A model generated the notes under the pieces. The model was not told the origin of the DNA. It ran no database searches and saw only the letters and a list, made by a program, of their open reading frames with translations. The position numbers and the translations under genes were made by a program. Of a DNA stretch of 44,698 nt, positions 36,027-44,698 are shown one piece after another (position 1 is the stretch's first letter; each line of letters opens with the position of its first letter). Source of the stretch: Nemertoderma westbladi (Eukaryota; Animalia; Xenacoelomorpha). The stretch is from NCBI GenBank assembly GCA_032718475.1, contig JAUCBJ010008616.1:1-44698 (forward strand), written 5' to 3'.

Positions 36027-36250
36027 GACAGTTGGGCCTACAGACCTACAGCAGTACCGATTCTGGCAGTTGGGCCTACGGACCTACAGCAGTACCGATT
36101 CTGGCAGTTGGGCCTACGGACCTACAGCAGTACCGATTCTGGCAGTTGGGCCTACGGACCTACAGCAGTACCGATTCTGGCAGTTGGGCCTACGGACCTA
36201 CAGCAGTACCGATTCTGGCAGTTGGGCCTACGGACCTACAGCAGTACCGG
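36027..36250. repeat. 38-bp minisatellite, 6 copies, in the element 2 leader
   Basis: GGCAGTTGGGCCTACGGACCTACAGCAGTACCGATTCT at 36065, 36103, 36141 and 36179, plus a variant copy at 36027 and a partial copy at 36217. Confidence 0.95.
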
Positions 36251-36307
36251 TTCAGGTTTACCGGTCGACCGGTACTTTCAACTTTATTGCTTACTGCAAT
36301 AAAGACA

Positions 36308-36318
36308 ATAACTGTTAT
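36308..36318 (-). promoter_or_regulatory. Primer-binding-site position of element 2, non-tRNA type, complementary to own LTR
   Basis: Minus-strand ATAACAGTTAT directly follows the 5' LTR and lacks TGG. Its complement ATAACTGTTAT lies on the same strand inside the LTR at 37071-37061. Confidence 0.65.
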
Positions 36319-37542
36319 TGTACGCGCTTTTGAAGACCTTTAGCAGTTTAACCTGCCAAAATTTATATGTCTTTTGGTTTATAAATAGACTTTAGAAATT
36401 GACAAATATTTAATACCAATAAACACAACATTAGCAGAAGCCAGCCTAGTGCGCGTCCATTCACCCGCTGGATATACCCGGGAGACTGGATTCTGAGGGC
36501 TTAGATTGTTATTGCAGTGTAAGCTTACTGTATTATTCGATTGATCGTTAATAAATAATTTCTGACTAATATTATTCACTTTCGGGAAATATTAACAGTT
36601 CCTTTAGGACGTGGCGCTCTATCTAGGTAAACAGAGATATGACTTATACTAAACACAACGGTAAGTCGGTAAGGCTTATGATTCACGTATGAGGCGCATT
36701 CTTTAGGAAATGCTTAGTTATCAGCCACAATCATGCACACTACCGGTAACGCACAATACTGCACACTAATCTGCCGACCGTCAATGAATTTTATCATACA
36801 TAAAGAGAACAGCAATTGACTCATGTAGTGCCTATCAAATAGCATTAAACTCACTACAAACCACGATAATATAAGTCGCAATCGCTATATGTAACCTGTC
36901 TCTCTAACCTGTAGTGTATCAAGAAAATTGGGAAATTTGGGTTCTTTATAGATGTTCTCCAAATAATATTCAACCAACTGATACAAAATAATAACAACAG
37001 TAAAAGCATTAAGACGGTAGGTTAAGATATGATATGACAATGTATGTGCCGATTGAGCCGATAACAGTTATACGTTCTATAATCTAAGCCTACTAATGTT
37101 TCTTCTAAAGTCTGAAACGAATTGACTCTAGAGCCGGTGTTCCTGGCCTAGATAGAAACAACACAACAGTAACAAGAACACTCTCTGACTCTAACACCGT
37201 TGCAGGTATCTTTTTACACAGAGAGGAATAGCTCTCATTGGCAGAACACCAGATTCCACAGGTTCCACGAATATCTAAATGCCGAACTATCAGGATTTTT
37301 GCAGCCCTTGGCCAACACACGAAATGAGTCACTCCGCTCGGTTGCCCTGGTTGCATACTCTGCTGCTATAGCTCTGGTTGGCCGATAGAACATAGCAAAG
37401 AGCCCCTCGTATAACAAATCAGCCAATCAGCCGGTCGCTTTGCATCATTCGAGTTAGAGAGCTTTTTAGAGTATTCCAGCGCCTGGGGGGGAACTGGATT
37501 GCAAAGCAAAAGGGCCAGTTACATCCCACAAAAGCTTTTACA
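36319..37542 (-). repeat. 5' LTR of element 2 (1224 bp)
   Basis: Direct repeat of 24199-25422; A/G difference at 25056/37176. Confidence 0.97.
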
Positions 37543-37629
37543 AATGTGTCACCTGTATCTACAGTACTGTACAACCACCAAACATCGAGGCCAGCCATAC
37601 AAGGTAAACATATATGACATGACATGACA

Positions 37630-37704
37630 CTACCAATAGAAACAGGGGACTTCACACCTGCCGAACACCAAGAAGCATTTATAACATGTCCAATCACAAA
37701 GCGA
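37630..37704 (+). mobile_element. Short RTE-like LINE fragment interrupted by a MITE
   Basis: ACAGGGGACTTCACACCTGCCGAAC...GAAGCATT...TCCAAT.A.AAAGCGA resembles 40128-40195 and 43186-43212. Confidence 0.65.
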
Positions 37705-38109
37705 CAGAGGCGTAGCGAGCCATTCTGGCGCCCGGGGAATCAAGCTGAGATAGATAGCGCCCCCCCCCCCCCCCCCCCCTTCAATAATTTTAACTTTTTA
37801 TTTATGACGGTTTGGTTTTATTTAATATTATATATACGGCTGTATATATATACCTGCATATACTAATCAAATCTATTTTACACAAGTTTGAGTGCAATAA
37901 TAATATATTGAATAGCGAGCGAAGTGAGCAGAGAAAATTTTTAATTTTTCGCTTATGGCACATGCCCTGTATACTGACTGTATCACAATCACTGTCTTTA
38001 AACTGATTTGTCCTATTTTTACAAGAATACCCTGACATTTGCCTGGCATTTTCAGCGCCCCTGGGTGAGTGCGCCAGGGGGAACATCCCCCCCCCTCGCT
38101 ACGCCTCTG
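37705..38109. mobile_element. 405-bp MITE with CAG termini (hAT-like)
   Basis: 15-bp TIR CAGAGGCGTAGCGAG / CTCGCTACGCCTCTG; flanking duplication AAAGCGA at 37698-37704 and 38110-38116. Confidence 0.88.
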
Positions 38110-38654
38110 AAAGCGAGTGATCCTAAAGCAATTATGGAGATAAATATTCGAGGTACTACTTCCATGGCCCGCTAACTGCCCCTAGAGCTGTTTATACAAA
38201 TATAAGCGTCCCCCTGCGACCCTATCTCGCTATCTATCTAATATACGAAAAAGCAGCAGTGTCAGGCTGGTTAGCCGATACTTGTATCCACACCTTGTTA
38301 CCTGCGAAGATAACCAACAATGGCAAATAATGAATTGAATGTTTCCGTCGATTTCTCACCCCATTTGTCGGAATTGACAGTAAATTTCAGGACAAATCTC
38401 TAAATATACAGTAGAATGGGTAGGTAGGCCTTGCGCCGATCAGCCTCCGCCGAATATTAAGTAGTAGAGGCTTCGCTATCTTTGAAGATATTTGTGTCAC
38501 GAATTTGCATTCCACTATATTGGAAAGACCAATACTAAAATCAGGTTACTCTGTTACCGAGATCCAAACATCGGATAGACTCCTTAAAAAACCGACTCAG
38601 TTTAATTACAAACGGCTTCCAATGCTGATGATAACCATGTCATTTCTTGGCATA

Positions 38655-39175
38655 CCGGGTGTCACAGACGAAAATGCCCACCCCACTCACCCCCCCGCGC
38701 GGAATTCCCCCCCGGGCATTTTCGCCTAGCGCCGAATGCCCCCCCCCCCCATCCCAGGGCATATTCCCCCATATTTCGAGAGTGGCGGTCTGAAACCCTA
38801 ATTCAAAGTGAAATTGCGGTACGAAACCCTAATTAAAACTGTCATGTAACAGTAACACTAACCCTAACACTAACTGTTTAATTTTGGACAATACCATTGG
38901 CCCTTCGGGCTATTGGCAAGGGTCCAAAATTTTAAGAAAATTTCTTAGATTAGAGCCTTATGACTTATAGTTAGGGTTCATGACAGTTTTTATTAGGGTT
39001 TGTGCCTGACCAACTAACCCTAACCAAAAAAAATAAACAAATAATTCGAAGTTAAAGTGCTGTACGGTACGTTAGGCCTACTACACTATTATTATACTTG
39101 AGTCTATGAGGAGGGGTTGGGGGGGGGGGGGTGGGGGGCATTCCCCGCGGGGGGCAGATTCGCCTAGGACACTGG
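38655..39175. mobile_element. Degenerate non-autonomous DNA element with C-rich and G-rich ends and telomere-like internal motifs
   Basis: Imperfect TIR (CCGGGTGTCACAGACGAAAATGCCC / GGGCAGATTCGCCTAGGACACTGG), poly-C left and poly-G right, several AACCCTAA and TTAGGGTT motifs. Confidence 0.55.
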
Positions 39176-39534
39176 ACCTCAAACCTTAACTCGGTTTGCT
39201 TATCGTTCCACTATCACTGGTACCAGCCGCAACCGTTGTTTGCAACCGTTGTTATGCTGAAAGCGCTAATCTACAACTCAATTTTGCTTATTGTCGTACT
39301 TATAATAGACACTCATTTTTTAACCTTCCACAATTTATCGAACAATGCGATCACTACCAATTGAAAGGTCATAATAAAGGTCATAAGGTCAAGGCTATAA
39401 ATCGTGTCGCTTTTTAGTTTCCCCCAGGACGATTAACAATATCAATTAATAAGATACTGTATATTCGCTCGTGGGAATACTCAGCTGTATTCCGAAAGGA
39501 AGAAGCGAGGAAGCAAGTGTCAGGGGCAAGGGGC

Positions 39535-39603
39535 TGAACAGGTTATCGCTACTGATGAGTCCTGATAGGCCGAAACGCAAGTAGGCCCTATAGCTCTGGT
39601 TCA
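39535..39603 (+). ncRNA. Degenerate type I hammerhead ribozyme-like motif
   Basis: CTGATGA (39552-39558), GTCCT-GAT-AGGCC, GAAAC, GCAA, GTA. Upstream GCTA and TGAAC could pair with downstream TAGC and GTTCA. Stem II has a mismatch and extra bases follow the cleavage triplet. Confidence 0.5.
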
Positions 39604-39669
39604 ACATCTGGTGACGTGCTTCCTAATTTGTTCCATTTCCGAACAAAACCATTTTATTACATTATTAAT

Positions 39670-40126
39670 TACAATCAGCTCCAATTTATTTAATATATAT
39701 GTTATAGCCGGTCGTCCACGGTTACGCTTTCCCTGTGCTGGTCGCCAGAAAAGTAGATCTGGTATGACCTCGTCTTCTCCAGCAGTGCCCACTGAATCTT
39801 ACTCTGCGTTCACGAAGAGTAGTGGTTGATACAGGTGGTATTGTACTGTACCATGAAGCTCGGCGTTTGTCATGTGTTGTATCCAGCTGATGTTTAGGGC
39901 TGCCCTTAGTAGTCTTGTGTAGCAACCATCAATTCATTGTCCAAGTGATTTCGTCAGTATCCAGGTCACACTTTCCACTGTGGCTCGTAAGAACTTAGTC
40001 TTCAGATGGTATCCAGATGGTATCCATTTTTGATAGAGCTACCCAATCCTTTGCTTTCCTAACTTTATAGTCTATGACTTTTTTGCTGCTCTCTATCCAT
40101 GAAACAAGGTACTGGAAGTCGTCAAC
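39670..40126 (-). mobile_element. Inverted, more decayed 3' fragment of the RTE-like LINE
   Basis: The reverse complement matches ~41063-41530 (VDDFQYLG through TLRERRVRFSGHCW and RGRPAITY) with many indels. Confidence 0.88.
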
Positions 40127-41640
40127 CAACAGGGGACGTTACACCCGCCGAACTCCAAAGAAGCATTAAAAGCATCTCCAATGATAAACCGAGTGGGTTA
40201 GATGAAATCCCTGCAGAGCTATGGGAAACAGGAGTGGTAAACAGGCCAGTATTGGATGTTTGCAACCGGATGCTGAAACGGAAAAGCCACCACCAATTCG
40301 GACTAAAGGTCAACTAAAGCCTCTCCCTAAGAAGGGATACCACGGTGTACTAACAAACTATCGTGGGATCTGTCTGCTTGTGGTAGCTGCCAAAATATAC
40401 AATAAAATGATTCTATATAGGATTAGGCCTCACATAGAGAAACTACTGCGTAAGAGCCAAAACGGATTTCGACCAAGTAGATCAACAATAGTTCAGATAC
40501 TTGCACTACGGAGACTGATTGAAGGAAGTAAGTCAAAGAATCTCCCCGCTGTCCCGACTTTTGTGGACTTCAAGAAAGCATTCGACTCAATCCATCCATA
40601 GAGGTAAAATGCTGGAAATCTTAAGACCTTATGGTATACCATAGGTAATTGTGTCTGGCATTGCATTATTATATTGTGACATAGAAGCTCAGGTACTCTC
40701 ACCAGAATATGGTGAAACTGAGTTATTCTCAATCCTGGCTGGCGTAATGCAAGGTGACACATTAGCACTAATACTATTTGTAATTGTACTTGATTACGTA
40801 ATGAGGACGGCGACAAAGGGTGGGAGCTCTGGGATTCACACTACAAGAACGCAGAAATAGCAGATATCCGTCAGACACCGACTTTGCGGATGACATCGCC
40901 CTGCTCTATAATATAGTACACTAGCAGATGCACAGCTTCTACTAAATAAAGTGGATAGGGCTGCCAAAGAGGTTGGATTGCATATAAATGCACCAAGACC
41001 GAATTCATCACTTTTTAATGTCGATGGAAACTTGACAACAATTGATAATAATCAACTAAGGAAGGTTGACGACTTTCAGTACCTTGGATCATGGATAGAG
41101 GGTTTGCAAAAAGTACAGAAGTTAGGAAAGCAAAGGCTTGGGTAGCTCTATCAAAATGGATACCATCTGGAATTCAGATCTCTCCAGGCACCTGTACACC
41201 AAGTTCTTTCGAGCCACAGTGGAAAGTGTATTTTTATACGGGGGTGAGACCTGGACACTGACTAAATCACTTGAACAACGAATTGATGGTTGCTACACAA
41301 GACTACTAAGGGCAGCCCTAAACATCAGCTGGAGACAACACATGACAAACGCCGAGCTTTATGGTACAATACCACCTGTATCAACCACCCTCCGTGAACG
41401 CAGATTAAGATTCAGTGGGCACTGCTGGCGAAGTAAAGACGAGGTCATACCCGATCTACTTCTCTGGCAACCAACTCATGGAAAGCGCAGTCGTGGACGA
41501 CCTGCCATAACATATATAGATCAACTTGAAAGGGATACTGAACTTGGGAAAAACGAAATTGCGACAACTATGGAGAATCGGGAAGCCTGAAAGGATCTCA
41601 TTTCCACTGTCCGAGTTCGCTCGACCTAGTAGTAGTAGTA
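40125..41640 (+). mobile_element. 5'-truncated RTE-like non-LTR retrotransposon, RT pseudogene with (TAG)n tail
   Basis: GLDEIPAE, NYRGICLL, QNGFRPSRST, FVDFKKAFDSI, GVMQGDTL, FADDIAL, FQYLGS, LYGGETWTL and RLRFSGH occur across broken frames; TAG repeats at 41627-41640. Clade assignment is from motif memory. Confidence 0.9.
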
Positions 41641-41999
41641 AAAATAGGTAAGAGATTAAATATAGGTAAATACCCTTCCACGCTTGCATATAAGTATAAA
41701 ATCAAATACACAAGCTTATAAGTACACAATTACGCCATATCATAGTCTCTACATACTTCAACCTGCTGAATTGGTAATTTAAAACTTTCTACTTTTGGTC
41801 CGGATAGTGCATTTCAAGCATTGTTGCGCCACATTTAGGTCGAATTGTAGAAGAAAGTGAACAAAATGTGTCTATTGCATCGAACGAAAGGTTGTGTTTG
41901 TTCGATATGTTTCATCAAGCAAACAGCAAGTCGCCAGTCGAACTATTGCATCGAACCTGTTTCGTACCAGAACTAAAGAAGTGTAATATACAAGTTCCG

Positions 42000-42269
42000 G
42001 TCAATCCGGGTAAAAGATTCAAACTGGACGACTGTCGTGTCTGGATGCGGTTGATGTTCTGGGCCGGTCGGGAGGTCGGTCTGGCAGAACATCCAGAGTT
42101 TTGGAAATGGTACGTCGCGTTTATCTCTCATTTTGTACAGATTTATGAGTCATCGGCCCCACCATACGGGAAGGAGAGCGCTGATTGGTCGAAATCTATG
42201 ACGAATATCGAGGCGTACGAGAAGGCCGGATGTAAAATGAATGAAGTTATCGGGATCGGTCGATATTAA
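42000..42269 (+). CDS. Probable terminal exon or fragment of a host gene, unknown protein
   Basis: GC-richer segment with protein-like GKRFKLDDCRVWMRLMFWAGREVGLAEHPEFWKWYVAFISHFVQIYESSAPPY...*, followed by AT-rich UTR-like sequence. The 5' boundary and upstream exons were not found. Confidence 0.45.
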   Translation, partial: VNPGKRFKLDDCRVWMRLMFWAGREVGLAEHPEFWKWYVAFISHFVQIYESSAPPYGKESADWSKSMTNIEAYEKAGCKMNEVIGIGRY

Positions 42270-42584
42270 CGAAATATCATCAAAACAACATTTTGCACAT
42301 GAAATTACTTCTATATTTCTTACTTGTATTCGCATAAGGTTGTACCTCGTTTACATGTGGGTCCATAACGGTAATGTGAGTATTACAATTAGCTAGTCTT
42401 AGTATGAAGGTGAACATGTAGTTGTAACCCGTGTTTAACCGAAGAATTGAGAATAACCTTAATATTATTAAAGACTGGATTATTTCTATTTTGTAGTACT
42501 TCACACATTTTGGTGCTGTTTTTAATGCTATATAATAAATAATTGTGTATCATAATTTATTGTGCTTTATGTAAATATTTTTTG

Positions 42585-42660
42585 TAGGGATGTCCCGGAA
42601 TCGATAATTTGATTCCGGCCGGAACCGGAACCGGAATTCAATATGCCGGAACCGGAATTT
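42585..42660 (+). mobile_element. Isolated hAT-like left end
   Basis: Ac-like terminus TAGGGATG followed by clustered CCGGAA subterminal repeats; no partner end seen. Confidence 0.5.
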
Positions 42661-43185
42661 TATGTAGTTAGTGAAATACACTAAATGGCCATTAATTACC
42701 CTTTATAATTTTTTGTGAAATATACTAAATTTCTAAAGACGAGTTTACTAATTAGATCAATCAACACATTGGGGGGAAGTTTTGGTGCGAGAGTGGCCTG
42801 GCCCAGAGCAGGATAAATTGATTATGGGGCTGGAGGAGGGGGTGGGTGGTATTTGTGGGCCTTAACCCTATCTGGCCAGGTCTATTTTTACTAATCGGCC
42901 CTGGGTGGGTTGTCATTTTTGGAATTTTTTTAGATCTTGGCTAAAAAATTACAATTTTGTAGTATAAAGATTTTCGAGGTCGCTGATCCCGATAACACTT
43001 GTTAAAAATATTTTCTGGCAGTGCAACCGTCATTTTGTTGCACTATTCTGCTGCCCTAGGACGAAAAGTACAATGAAAAATTTTCAACTAACGACCGTTG
43101 TGTTTGGATGGGTAATTCTGAAGCTACAGTGTCGAGGTCGCTGATCACGATAGAACTTGTTAAGAATATTTAATGGAAGTGTAGC

Positions 43186-44560
43186 AAAAGCATGTCCAAT
43201 AATAAAGCGAGTGGATTAGATGAAATCCCAGCGGAGGTATGGAAAACTGGAGTGCTAAATAGACCATTATTGAATGTTTGCAACCGGATGTTAAAAGGGG
43301 AAAAGCCACCACCAATTTGGACTAAAGGTCAACTAAAGCCTCTCCCCAAGAAAGGAGACCTCGGCATACCAACAAGCTATCGTGGGATCTGTCTGCTTGT
43401 GGTAGCTGCCAAAATATACAATAAAATGATTCTATATAGGATTAGGCCTCACATAGAGAAACTACTGCGTAAGAGCCAAAACGGATTTCGACCAAGTAGA
43501 TCAACAATAGCTCAGATACTTGCACTACGGAGACTGATTGAAGGAATTAAGTCAAAGAATCTCCCCGCTGTCCCGACTTTTGTGGACTTCAAGAAAGCAT
43601 TCGACTCAATCCATCCATAGAGGTAAAATGCTGGAAATCTTAAGACCTTATGGTATACCATAGGTAATTGTGTCTGGCATTGCATTATTATATTGTGACA
43701 TAGAAGCTCAGGTACTCTCACCAGAATATGGTGAAACTGAGTTATTCTCAATCCTGGCTGGCGTAATGCAAGGTGACACATTAGCACTAATACTATTTGT
43801 AATTGTACTTGATTACGTAATGAGGACGGCGACAAAGGGTGGGAGCTCTGGGATTCACACTACAAGAACGCAGAAATAGCAGATATCCGTCAGACACCGA
43901 CTTTGCGGATGACATCGCCCTGCTCTATAATATAGTACACTAGCAGATGCACAGCTTCTACTAAATAAAGTGGATAGGGCTGCCAAAGAGGTTGGATTGC
44001 ATATAAATGACCAAGACCGAATTCATCACTTTTTAATGTCGATGGAAACTTGACAACAATTGATAATAATCAACTAAGGAAGGTTGACGACTTTCAGTAC
44101 CTTGGATCATGGATAGAGGGTTTGCAAAAAATACAGAAGTTAGGAAAGCAAAGGCATGGGTCAAAAATGGATACCATCTGTAATTCAAATCTCTCAAGGC
44201 ACCTGTACACCAAGTTCTTTCGAGCCACAGTGGAAAGTGTATTTATATACGGGGGTGAGACCTGGACACTGACTAAATCACTTGAACAACGAATTGATGG
44301 TTGCTACACAAGACTACTAAGGGCAGCCCTAAACATCAGCTGGAAACAACACATGACAAACGCCGAGCTCTATGGTACTATACCACCTGTATCAACCACC
44401 CTCGGTGAACGCAGATCAAGATTCAGTGGGCACTGCTGGCGAAGTAAAGACGAGGTCATACCAGATCTACTTTTCTGGCAACCGACACATGGAAAGCGTA
44501 CCACCCATGGACGACCGGCTATAACATATATAAACCAGCCTGAAAGGGATACTGGTGATA
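43186..44560 (+). mobile_element. Second RTE-like LINE RT pseudogene copy
   Basis: Same motifs as 40125-41640 at offset about 3019; shares the TAG after DSIHP; the 3' tail is missing. Confidence 0.9.
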
Positions 44561-44698
44561 CTGAACTAAGGGTCTCATTTCCTCTCAGATCTCATTTCGA
44601 TCTCTCTCGATCAAGTAGTATATCTACAATCGCAATAAATAGTAACAGTAATTCGCAGGACTCAACGTTCTTTGTGTGATTATCAAGAGTCTAGAGTC

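Larger units (their letters stand above)
24199..37542 (-). mobile_element. BEL/Pao LTR retrotransposon, element 2 (non-autonomous: gag-protease only plus accessory gene)
   Basis: 1224-bp LTRs at 24199-25422 and 36319-37542 (one substitution seen), TG...CA ends, 5-bp TSD AATGT at 24194-24198 and 37543-37547, Pao-type gag and protease ORF. Confidence 0.97.

Noticed and set aside
35935-36343. Repetitive ORFs in all three frames
   Set aside because: A by-product of a stop-free 38-bp minisatellite, antisense to the element.
42862-43170. piggyBac-like end (TTAA|CCC) with GAGGTCGCTGAT repeats
   Set aside because: No matching right end or TSD is visible, so it is too weak to annotate. Similar unassigned MITE-like scraps lie at ~21540-21700 and ~23040-23222.

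Overview
Repeat-dense eukaryotic DNA, probably from an invertebrate animal, with no intact host gene. It holds two young but defective BEL/Pao LTR retrotransposons facing each other. Element 1 (1-14341, + strand) has gag-PR-RT-RH-IN broken by one in-frame stop, an RNase H deletion, a nested 2.45-kb foldback hAT-type element and a late frameshift. Element 2 (24199-37542, - strand, AATGT target duplication) keeps an open 1323-aa gag-protease ORF, has lost RT and integrase, and carries an extra, disrupted ~483-codon zinc-knuckle gene before its 3' LTR. A 67-bp satellite of about 87 copies lies between them. The right end holds RTE-like LINE relics, MITEs, a degenerate hammerhead motif and a possible host-gene exon. 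The main observation is that neither LTR element has a tRNA-type primer-binding site. In both, the 11-12 nt directly after the 5' LTR are the exact reverse complement of a sequence inside their own LTR. This is the arrangement used for self-primed reverse transcription in Tf1/sushi gypsy elements, here in a BEL/Pao lineage. All calls were made by eye; no database searches were run.
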